Assembly (NCBI GenBank): GCA_965655095.1
Contig: OZ296650.1
Coordinates: 99,634,001-99,698,000, forward strand
DNA from: Haplodiscus bocki
Lineage: Eukaryota
Direction: 5' to 3'
DNA length: 64,000 bases
Shown: positions 50,298 to 61,687 of the stretch, in pieces
Numbering within the stretch: the first letter of the stretch is position 1
Layout: each line of letters starts with the position of its first letter
Program-made: the position numbers and the translations under genes
Notes under the pieces: model-generated
What the model saw: only the letters and a program-made list of their open reading frames with translations
What the model was told of the DNA's origin: nothing
Databases searched by the model: none

Positions 50298-50825
50298 TTT
50301 ATCAAGAGCTCTCTTAATTCTCCAAGCTCCGGATTGCTATTTGACCCTCAAAGAAATAACCTACTCGAGGATCGTTAAAATCATATTCAAAAACATTATC
50401 TGGTATTGGTGCTCCCTCATTAACAGAAACATAAATAGGGCAAAATTTTGTAGGTAATCTTGTAGGTCTATTATGGTATCAATATGATAAACATCTTTTT
50501 TTTGCGGTGTAATTCTTTTCTTTACACTGGTTTCGAACAAATTCAGCTTACAAAACATCAATTTCTTACTAAGAGATTTTCTTCCAATGCTTTTATTCTA
50601 ACATCCAAGTCTTTAAAACGTGCATACTTGTCTCAAAGTTTTTGTAATATATCACATTTATTATCATAGTATCGTTTTGAAACACTTCTATGAATACACT
50701 GTTTAAATTCTCTATATTTATTATAAAAGTCATCAATACGTTTTTCTGTATTGCAAATAACACAAACTTTAACAAAAATAGCATCAGTTTATTTTAACAT
50801 ATTTTCCTTAAGAAGAAAAAACAAT

Positions 50826-53793
50826 ATGAATTAAATAAAAGAAGAGCTTTAATTAGAAAACAAAACGAATCAAGTAAAGAAAAAAAACAGAATGAAAGAA
50901 AACAAAAAAGAAAAAATTTAACAGATGAAGATGTTCAGTTTGGTAAATTTTTTGAATTAGCATCATCTGATAAAATTTATTTAACTGGAAAAAATCTACA
51001 CGAAAATAGAAGTGAAATTTTGCTATATTATACAAGTGATCTTGAGGTAAACGGATCGACGGTCATTGGACCTGATGAACATAAAACAAGTACTAGGTTT
51101 AAGTATGTAGATGATTTTGAAAGTTTCGAAAGCGCAATAAATTTTGATTACGATAGCGAAGATGTTATTTTCTTTGGATATGTTTATAAATTAAAAACAC
51201 CTCAATTCAAGGTTGTTAAGCGAAGCGCTTACGCCAATTGTATTGATTACAAGAGAAAAATTGTTGAATATCATGGACAAAATGTGTATATTCCAACAAG
51301 TGTGTTTTGTTTTATCAAATGTATTAATTGTTTCACCAATAAAGATCATACAGAAGAATTTCGGGATATCATTGAAATTGAGAAGTATCGATCAGGAATA
51401 ACGACTTCTAATCGAATTCAACCATTTTGCAAAAAATAATAATAACAACATTGGTTGTTTTGAGGGAAAAAAAGTCCTAGAAACATTACTCACAGAAATA
51501 GATCCTAGTTCATATTTATTACTTGTGTTCATATTGTACTTGTGTTTATAACCTGGATAAAATTTCTGGTAAATACAATCGAGATATAACAGAGAAGGAT
51601 TATCAAAATTGTTTAAATGATTGTGTTGTTTTTAAAGGAGGTGATTGTTTTAATGATATGTTAGATCATGTTTCATCGTTCAAAGGAGAAGCTAAAAGAG
51701 TCATCAATAAAATTGTTGAAATCAGTCTATATTTGGTAGCGCATAATGGATTTGGTTCTGATAGTTTATTTGTATTAAACAATCCAGCTCATTGGCGAAG
51801 TGTTTTTATTGTAACTGAAAACGGAGATGGTAACATTTCACTTAAAATATTTAATGGATATTTACACGAAAACAAAAAAGTTTCCCCCATATGTTCATTT
51901 TAGATGAGGAAGAGTTCATAATAATAGTAATTTGAAAAAGAGTAGATATTAGTTATGATTCAAAACTTTCGTCATTGAATCAACAAATGGAACATGATGA
52001 AATTTATGAGGATAGTTGGGGAGCTAGAGTAATTGAATGGTTACCTTTTGTTAAAAAGGACGTTATAACAACTGCTTTCTGTTATGCGAGATATGCAATG
52101 AGTATGGAGAGATTAACTAATTTTGGTATGAAAAACTCGTTAATGTTACCATCTTTAGCTAAACAATATTTTAATAGGTTAAGAGATGAAAACGACGAAC
52201 CAGTCTATACTTATACTTATCGTTTTATGACAAATTTTGTACGTAATTCAATTAAGGGTGGTGAACGCAAAGCCTTTATTCATATATATAAAATTGAAAC
52301 TTCCGTTGAAGTTTTTTTTTATTTCTAAAGAATTAAACGTTACCGGTAAAATAAGTGATCATCTTGAAAGGTTTTTTGAATTTTTAAACAAATATGAAAA
52401 ACTTTATGCGAAAGAATTGGGTTCAAAATATGAGGATTATAGAGAGAATAATCAGAAGGAAAAAATTGATTTTTTTCAACAATCGACTTAACACTCTACC
52501 AATTCATGAACAGTTTTCAAAATTAGATTTAAAGAAAACTCAAATGGATTTTGAGGCTACAAGTTCATACTCGAGTGCTGTGTGGGATAAAAAAAGTGTT
52601 TATCCTAAAATAGAAACTGGTTATGCATTTAAACATCATATGAACGATGTGTTTGTTAACAGTTTCAATAATGAAACTTTTAATCAAGATGTTAATGATT
52701 CAGTTATTTTGAAAAGAAAAAAAAACTACAACCCACCAAATCCTGTATTTGAACATTTACCGAAAAAAGAAAAAGTTAAAAACATAGAACTTATCAGAAT
52801 GAGAAAAGGTTTTATCATTGGCACGCTAACATCCGTTGATTTTTGTGAACCTGTTAAAATGGGTGAAAAAGTGATTGAGATTTACGAAAGAGTTCTTCAT
52901 CGAGAAATTTTAAAAATATCACCATTTAGAAAAATTATAGGGAAAATTTTTTTTTGAAAACAAAAATACAAAGACGAAAAAATCGACTTAATGAAAGTGT
53001 TAGTAAAAAAATAATGAACAGTTTGTTTGGATGTCAAATACGCAAAGACGTAGACACAGCATATCATTGTAAGTCAGTACATTGGATGAAAACAGAAATT
53101 GATGAAATTTTTTCGGGTTACTGGAGCTGGCCAAATGGAAATTATATTGTAAAGATGAAAAAAGACGTCGGAGTAGACAACGATATGAAAAAATTGTGAT
53201 TTTAAAAATACACTACCAGCACATTTGGGTGCATTCATATTAGGTAATAGTAAACGAATTACGAAAAACTTCATTAGAAAGATAAATGGATTTTACATTA
53301 GTAACGTATTTCAGATAGATACGGAGAGTTTATACATAGAAAGAAAATATTGGGATGTGTTAAAAAAGCTAAATTGATTAGAAGTGGTGTATGCCAGGGT
53401 AAATATGATTATAGTGATGATAATTTTATATTTTATGGATTGTATATTGCTCCCCAGATAAAATACGTATTAACTGAAGATAAAAATGGCCTTTTACAAG
53501 AACACAAACCGCTGAAAATTTTCAACGATAAAAAAAAGTTTTCACATTTTCCTCAATATTTTAGAAAGATAGAAGTTAAAGAAAATCTGAGTGGTTGCCG
53601 AAAAGCTGGAAAAACTAGTGGAGTTATCATACCAGCAAAAATGAGATTTTGTTATGAATGCATTGATAAAATAATCTGTGATAGATGTAATAATCAAATT
53701 AACGAAAATAAAGATTCCGAATGTAATATAAATCTATTGAAAAGACAACCACATCATAAAATTGGTTACATGCTTCCTTATTTTGAAGAATAG
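50826..53793 (+). pseudogene. pPolB: Protein-primed family B DNA polymerase (Mav-B), fragmented
   Basis: Exo AHNGFGSD and FVKKDV; FVRNSIKGG; motif A DFEATSSYSSA; motif B KKIMNSLFG; motif C IDTES; IAPQIKY. Confidence 0.9.
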
Positions 53794-54006
53794 GTCGATT
53801 AACTTGTAATAGTTCACCTTTTATAAAGTCTTCCTTCCTTCTTTTTCTTCTATGTTTGTTGGCCAAATGTTCTAATTCCTTAGGATTTTATTTTTCAAAC
53901 TTATGTTTATTTAACAAAAAAAACAAGACGAGCACCTTACATTATTATGATTAGTCCTCAAGAAACTCTCCTGACAATCAATACAAGGTATGGTATTATA
54001 TTTTAC

Positions 54007-54288
54007 TTAACAATCATGACTACACGCAGGGTTATATTGATAACTACAATAATATTCAATATATACATTTCCGCAAATATCACATGATATCGAAGCTTCA
54101 TTCATAGGTTGATATGAAGACATTTTATTTGTAAAGTCTCTATATTCTTTGCAATCATCACAAAATGTAAAAAAACCAATCGGGAAATATTTTTTCAACA
54201 TCGGTATCATGATAATGCTTGTTTGTGATTTCATTATAATCTTCAGTTGAATAACACCATCTCCTAGATGTTGAAAGATAACTACCAA
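54007..54288 (-). CDS. Small Cys-rich (Zn-ribbon-like) protein (Mav-B)
   Basis: FCDDCKE...ISCDICGN. Confidence 0.4.
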   Translation of the reverse strand: MVVIFQHLGDGVIQLKIIMKSQTSIIMIPMLKKYFPIGFFTFCDDCKEYRDFTNKMSSYQPMNEASISCDICGNVYIEYYCSYQYNPACSHDC

Positions 54289-54404
54289 GCCCCATTCATA
54301 TTTCTAAAAACTAGTTCAGCTTTTCGAATCTTTTTCTGAAAAGACGTTTTGTTTTCAAAAATTCCCTAATAATAAAAGAATGCTACAAACAGCGTAATTC
54401 AAAA

Positions 54405-54788
54405 ATGGTTTTGTGATAAATGTGAGAAAATAATTAATATTAAAAGTAAGTCAAAACATAATAAATCTAAATCTCATAAGTACAAAGAAAAATTTATTGT
54501 TGTTGTTAAAGAATATGAATGCAAAAAACAACTCATTCACAGGATAGATTCCATATTTGATAATTGTATTGGGGATTTTCATAATATTTATTTTCACACA
54601 TTCAAAAGTAAATATCCATATGATAATAAATTTACAAAATTGCTTAAAATGAAACAAATAATTTAGCAATTGGTGATAGAAGTATCAATTTGGTTGAACG
54701 AAATGAAAAAATAAAAATAGCTCGTAAGGATGCTTTTCTATTTAATCAAATAAAAAATTTGACAACAAACTTTTATAGTAATCTACTC
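54405..54788 (+). pseudogene. Second C2H2-like zinc-finger protein (Mav-B)
   Basis: WFCDKCEKIINIKSKSKHNKSKSH, similar to 40920-41186. Confidence 0.5.
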
Positions 54789-55730
54789 AACCGGTATGAT
54801 GCTATAGGAGGAACCGTCCATGTCTTGAAACTTGAAAAACATGACTAGATCGAGCGAGAACTATGCCAGGATTGCTCACTCGGATTTGCTAGAAATAGTA
54901 AACTAGAAAGTTGGCCAGTAGAGTTTTTGTAAAATTTAAGAAGACTATGTTTTCATAAAACTACATTTCAAAATTCAAAAATCTCTGGATACGTAAAATA
55001 TTTCGTAAATGTTTTAATTTTGATTGATTTTAAAAAATCCATCTACGAAATGCAAATTGAAAAGGATTATTTCTACAATTACAACGAGTTTTTAGATTTT
55101 CTCGTTTCTGAGATACTATTCTAACAATTGTTTATGCAAAATTGGTAATCGANNNNNNNNNNNNNNNNNNNNNNNNNNNNNNNNNNNNNNNNNNNNNNNN
55201 NNNNNNNNNNNNNNNNNNNNNNNNNNNNNNNNNNNNNNNNNNNNNNNNNNNNNNNNNNNNNNNNNNNNNNNNNNNNNNNNNNNNNNNNNNNNNNNNNNNN
55301 NNNNNNNNNNNNNNNNNNNNNNNNNNNNNNNNNNNNNNNNNNNNNNNNNNNNNNNNNNNNNNNNNNTCGATTACCAATTTTGCATAGACAATTGTTAGAA
55401 TAGTATCTCAGAAACGAGAAAATGTAAAAACTCGTTGTAATTGTAAAAATAATCCTTTTCAATTTGCATTTCGTAGATGGCTTTTTTAAAATCAATCAAA
55501 ATTGAAACCTTTACGAAATATTTTACGTATCCAGAGATTTGTGAATTTTGAATTGTAGTTTTATGAAAACATAGTCTTCTTAAATTTTACAAAAACTCTA
55601 CTGGCCAATTTTCTAGTTTACTATTTCTAGCAAATCCGAGTGAGCAATCCTGGCATAGTTCTCGCTCGATCTAGTCATGTTTTTCAATTTTCAAGACATG
55701 GACGGTTCCTCCTATAGCATCAAACCAGTT
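54789..55730. repeat. Fold-back palindrome (two ~363-bp arms around an N gap)
   Basis: 54789-55152 is the near-perfect reverse complement of 55367-55730. Both arms meet the gap at TCGA. Confidence 0.9.
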
Positions 55731-56332
55731 GTACGACAAGGACTGAGGATACGTCTCAGGGAGTGACCCCCAAACACTCAGGCAAGCCTTAACTTTTGTC
55801 GATGTTATTCTACAGTGCTAATCTGCTATAGGAGACGAAATTGAGAGAAAAAAACTAGTTTTCAAAGATGAAAAAAATTGTCAACACAGCTAGCATGTAC
55901 AGTTTGTATTATGTCGACATAGTTGGTGGTGCAGTCTTGTGTATACGCATATAGTAATATGTCGACATAGTTGGTAGTGGTGAGTTTTTTCAATCTCGCT
56001 GACAATGTAAATGAGCACCTGCACTATTTTTCTCAATTCTACGTTCACATAAATGTGCAATTTTATATACAAGCTTTCATGCATCCATGCTTAGTTCTAG
56101 TAGGGTTTTTGTGAGTTTGAAAATAATAGGTGTGTGATTGTATATCTGTTATGCGAGACGTCAGTCGAGCATCCCATGAGCTTCGTAGAAGCGAGTCAAA
56201 AAAGAAGAAGCTCGAAGAGCTGCGCAATAAAATAAGTGACCGGAGCGAAGCGAAGGGAACGGGTTTATTACGGGTTTTCTACTAGTTGAGCGGAGCGAGG
56301 TTAGTGGCAAATTCGGATTATACTATATTATT
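55367..56332 (-). repeat. Mav-B right TIR
   Basis: Reverse complement of the left TIR; ends tactatattatt. Confidence 0.9.
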
Positions 56333-57723
56333 AAAGTTTAGCGACATATGCTTTTTGTTCAAGATGTCATATATTGTGTTCTCGAAGCAGCAAGAATCGA
56401 CTTTTGAATTTTTTACGTTTGAGTTGCTCTATCTATGATTAACCTTTGACCATGGATGGGTTTCCATGGATTGATATGAGTGGTCAACCCAGATGTTAGG
56501 CGGAGATGAGATTTTGTTTCTGTGTTTGTAACTTTTTTCAAGGAAGATTCACACTGAATCTTTGAAATTCAGAGAGCAGGACTCCCTGGTGGATAATGAG
56601 GTGGCGATTATTAGCAGGTTGGAGTGTTATGTAGAAGCAAATTTCCAATTTTCCTTGAAAGTTGAAGTTATTAAACCAAGTTATCCTGTTTGTAAACAAG
56701 GTAAATTCAATTCAACTTTGTGCTCAATAAAGTGCAATATTTTCTCTAGAAAGTGCAACGAGAACCTGAAAAATTTACAAAAAAGGGGCATTTCTTCAAA
56801 TAACTTTTCTCCTACGAATAACAGAAACAAATCAAATCTGTTTTCTGTTCGCAAAAGCCCACCATCCAAGGGTACGCATGCATTCAAAAACAGGAGGGAA
56901 GTCGTTCCTAGCTGTGGCTTTCCTGAAAAAAAATATTCCTCTTAATCAGTGCCTGCAACACAATTGGAATGGGGTAGCGAGATGTAACACAGTTTTCTAG
57001 TTATCGAGAAAAAAGTAACAATTTCCTATCTTTAGTTTTTGAAGGTCTTTTTCCTGTTTCGTAATTTTTGATCTAATCCGAAACAATTGGACCGAATATC
57101 TGTCGAGGTTATATGGAATGGGCAAAAGACTTTATAGGACCCCTCAACACGCCCTTATTCGACGAATTTTGTATAGATGTAGCAATTTTAGGAAAATTTG
57201 CGGAACAAAATAAAAAAAATATGGTTTCCTCATGTAGAAAAAAAACAGTCCCTATATTTTCATTTTTTGCATTAAAAAACAATACGGGGTAAATTTCTGG
57301 CCTAGGCATAAAAGTTCAAAGCAACCTATGAGTCAAAAACAGCTACCTGCAAAGGTTCGAAGGAAAGAATTAGGGAGAAATAGAAGGGCTTGAAGGTGTT
57401 TTAGTGGCTTTTAAAGTGTCTTAATTGAAAGTCACATACCAAGAAGTGTGCGAAAAAAAACAATTTTTCGAAGTTTCTAACAATTCGCATCCTGTGGAAG
57501 ATAACGATGTAAGAGAATCAAGACATTTCTGTGCGCATTTAAAAAAGTACAGGAACTACTTTCGCACCTTAAAAGTACCGTGAAAAAAATCCAAAACTGG
57601 AAACTCAAATTTTGCGCCAAAAAAAACAATGTTGACAGAACAATTTCGTGATAATTTATTAAAGCAAAATGTAGCTCTGAGCCTTGCTGCGGTATGGCAT
57701 CTGTGATAAAATTGTGTCGGTAG

Positions 57724-59488
57724 TGTCGCAGCATGTCTGCGAGGCGTGTGGACAATTGCTCCGTGAGCCGAAGGACATACCAGGCTCGTTGACAACAAAC
57801 TGAAAACTGAAGACTGAAAACTTTATTTAAACATTGAAAGCATCATATTTAATCGAGGATACGCAGTAGTTACGTATCCACCTTGTGCTTTTATGTAATT
57901 CGTGTAAACGATACGTAGTAGTTACGTATCGTTCCATAACATGTAGTTCATGTAGAAAACACGTATCCAATACGTGTAATTCTGGTGAACTGATCCTGAT
58001 TGGAACGTAACAGGTACGGAGCAAACGGATTTTCAATTACTTCTCTACTGTATTTTTATATTAATATTAGGTGTTTTTTTATGTAACTAATCCAACTTTT
58101 TATTATATAAATCCACCTTTATATGACTTGTGCACTAAGCAATTTGTATAGACTGACAGTTTCAACAAATTTCAGTAACAATCAACTATTAATACAGAGC
58201 GTGACTTTAGAAGTGAATATTTGTTCCGTGTGTGTTCCGTGGTAACTAATCTGGTGACGTCACTAGAATTTCAGCCAATCCGCTGTGCTACTATGCTGTT
58301 TCACTTTGGACGGACACGGAACGGCTACGTAGCCACCCGATTCATTCTCCTCAGTAGCACCGCGGAGAGCAGTGCTACAAGCAGCTACGTAGTCGCTCCG
58401 GAACGCTCCGGCCAAAGTGAGGCGTGGGCTAGTAGAAACGTGGAATGGACTGGGAAAAAGCCTAGTTTTGTTCCCAGCAGTCGATTTATTCGATGCAGTA
58501 TGTAATCACATATAAACATGAACTTTTCTAGCATTTATATGAACTTTTTTTCATCTTTATCCGGTTTTTTTTTTCAGTGCACTTTTAATAATTTCCTCTC
58601 AGAGAAAACTTCTTTTGTCTTTGTTTATGTTAATGTTTATTGTGTCGGCGCGAGAATAACCACCTTGATGGCCATTTTTGACGGATTGCACCCGTATTTT
58701 TTCTGTCGAAAGATGGAAAAAACGCGGTCCGTGAAGGAGGAAATGGACGGAGAGGTGTTTATTTCCCGCCAGAGTCGGCTTTATCCCTTCGTAGATAATA
58801 TGATTAAAGTACTTTTCCCTATTTGTACCTTGATTTGGCTTGTAAACAGTTATGTTTCTCGCCAAGGAAAGGTATAAATAGGAGAAACGAAAGTACAATT
58901 GATATTATAAAAGTTGCAGCCTTTTGGTATTCTACCTTTTGTTAAAAATCATTAACTGTTCAGTCTTTATTGAAACTTTTTCCCCTCATAACAAGAGGAG
59001 ATCATCACTGTTGTTTAAACAAATAAAAAGTTCAATTCTGTTTTCACTGCTGACAGAATTTTTCCCTCACTATCATGGCAACTTTGAGGAATAGGAGGAA
59101 ACTAGCAGCAGTTTCGAGAGAAACACCTGAAAATACCAGGAACAGTCAGTCACAGAACACACTTGACCCAGAAATAGCTCAAGAATACATCTCCCAAGTT
59201 TCTGAAGAGATCGAAGGGAGAGTGACTAAAAAACTCTCAAAAGAATTCAGTCGGACGAAGTCTCGTATTTTGGGTGCTCTGTGTAAACTTGACAACTTGA
59301 CGAATTTGTTGTGAACCCACAGGTGCGGACTTGTTCCGTAGCCGTTCCGGGAACATCAATGAACAGCGACTCAGTATACCGGGAACCCACTGGGGATCGT
59401 TCCCTAAACGATGCCTATCCCGAAGTTGTGTGCTCTGCTCATCACTCTGGCAATCTAAATAACTCAGATGCGGAAGAGTGTTCTCACA
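57724..59488 (+). mobile_element. Solo LTR (1765 bp) of a Gypsy-like family, containing the 5' end of gag
   Basis: TG...CA termini and exact 5-bp TSD GGTAG (57719-57723, 59489-59493). Collinear with 61688-63467. Confidence 0.9.
59075..59488 (+). pseudogene. gag: gag N-terminus retained inside the solo LTR
   Basis: MATLRNRRKLAA...YISQVSEEIEGRVTKKLSKEFSRT...ILGAL is homologous to 63068 onward. One frameshift near 59295-59311. Confidence 0.8.
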
Positions 59489-61687
59489 GGTAGCTCCATT
59501 ACACTTCGAGGTTTAGGCTTCCAAAAAAAGCTTCAAAAATGTTACGAAATTAAAATTTGCACAGCAAAAAAGCAGAAAACAAAACGCAGATGTGGTCAAA
59601 CTAGGGCAGTAGGGACTTCTCGATTCAGTCGCTACACTTTTCTTTGCTAGAAGCCTCAAAAACTTCACTAGTGATTTGCAGTTTTTCTATAGAAAATTTT
59701 CTTTAATTTTTGTGAAAGTTTGATCCCTTCTTAGGAAAAGAACTTGAGTCACCAGATGTATTTAGAAAAAGTATGTACAAATTTTCACTAGATTTTGCTG
59801 CTACAATGATGAATTTCCTTCCAATAGTTATCGCATCATTTTCATGGTCAAACATTTTAGTGGATTTGCGAAACATGGAAAATGTATTTATTCTTCCGTA
59901 GTGTGAACCAGCTCGACGGTTCCGTCAGTGTAGCCCGTGAAACTGAGCATAGTTTGAGGGGGAAAAACTTGAAGTGTTGAAGAAAATTTTTTGTAGATCT
60001 ATAAAGTATCAGCAAAAATTGTGACAGGAAGACAAAATGTTTTCGAAAGTAGGTAGATAAGTGGTATCTTTTTCCATTGAAGTTTAAAAAAATTGCCTAT
60101 ACCGGTGTAAGATTTCTCCACTGGTGTTTTCGCATAAGCTTTGCTTTACCTACTATGACTGACGCTTCACATATTGACAAGAAAATATTTCCGTTGAAAA
60201 TGGTCTCTAGCAGTTAAGCTGAAAAAAAACGAGCCGAGGTAATGGGACTAAAACAATCAAAACAAAAGTTTTCAACCTGTATTGTGGTGTGCTAGTTGCT
60301 GCCATATGATCAACGACCGATTGAAGTTTGCATCGAATTGCTAGTGCACCTTGATTAGCTGGCTTGCCTTGAGTATTTATTTGCATACGGTAAATCCGCT
60401 ATGTCGTGTGTTGACAGTGTTTTGACTGCTAAGGCCCCTGTTGGTACTTTTGACCTTCTTCGCGTCTTGCTGATGGCAGCCGCCAATTTCAAACCTCTAG
60501 TGCCTTCACTTGGCAGAATTGCTGAATCTGTGTTCTAGAGAAAGTCATGAACAGCCAGTTCCAGTTTTCGGCCCCTGTCTATATTAAAAACTTTTTAGGT
60601 TTCAAAAAACTACAATTGACGTTAACTTCTATCTTGCTAACGTCTCTGCATCTGGTTTTAGATTGGTTCAGTTCGCTGATTTCGAAGCGGAAAAGAAATT
60701 TTGATAATTTGGGTGTTATCAAATTCCAAATTCATTTTTTTAAGCGCAAGAAAATGTTCAGTTATTTTCCCTACTTATATTTCAACTTATCCGCTCACAC
60801 AATGATCCTCAACAGGACATTCTATATGTTCTATTAAACGATTGCTCTCAAGACTTTTTCCAATTAAAGCGACTGGCGATCTTTCTGATTCAGATTTAAT
60901 ACGTTACCGTATCTCAGACAAGGCTTCATAATCACTTAATTTCTATAAAATTTTCATGTTTCGTCACAAACATTGCGTTTGGTCAACCGCTGTTAGAGTC
61001 AATCGCAATTGATGCAAGCAAAACTTTTCTAAAGTACTTGCGATTTTTAATGGGTCTGTAATATGGAGTGAGACTTCGTGATATGCTTTATCTTGTACTT
61101 TCTGTTTCCATACTTTGTTCGAGGAACTTTTGCTTGAAAATTTTTTCTTGTTGGTCTTTAAAACTCACATGATCCAGCCAAAAAGACAGAATTACGGTAA
61201 ACGAAAGGCAACCAAACAATTGAACTCTTCTCAGGCATCCTTCGGTGCCAAGAATGACCACAATGTTTTGAACTGGTTGATGTTTTTTTCAGTTTTCTGG
61301 ACTAACTAAGCGATTAACGATTCAAACGAAATTAGTGGAACGAGCGATAAAGTTTCCAATTTCATTCTCCCGGGAGCTTGCAATTTTTGAATTTTGGTTT
61401 CAGTCGGCTTCTTTATTAAGTGATGAATTTTGAGTAACTCTTGGTCTTCTGTCGAATTCGCAAGGTGTTGCTTGTTTCCGATCCGATTAAAATTTCTCTG
61501 GTCCGTTTTCGGCTCATTTTTTGTTTCCGGAACGCCACAAGTATTTGTTTCTATTGTTTATCTCAGACCTACAAAGTCAATTTGTTTTGATTCACCTGTT
61601 TGACGACTTCTTCCCGACCGTACAAGGTTTGAGACACTCTCTGAGCTTGTGAAACTTATAGAATTGTGTGAGCAATTGATTTCACTG

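Larger units (their letters stand above)
39852..56332. mobile_element. Polinton/Maverick element Mav-B (16.5 kb, decayed, full length)
   Basis: ~960-bp imperfect TIRs and exact 6-bp TSD AAAGTT (39846-39851, 56333-56338). Carries protease, two pentons, ATPase, MCP, integrase and pPolB remnants. Confidence 0.95.

Noticed and set aside
55121-55495. ORFs spanning the second gap, including mirror-image 81-aa ORFs
   Set aside because: Artefacts of the N run and the flanking palindrome.
56339-57718. Possible gag/protease continuation of the minus-strand Gypsy remnant split by Mav-B
   Set aside because: Only a weak PLDGG protease-like hint; not enough to call.
59494-61687. Possible decayed non-LTR (LINE) ORF2 on the minus strand
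   Set aside because: Only faint hints (GVPET, VVDH); too degenerate to support by eye.
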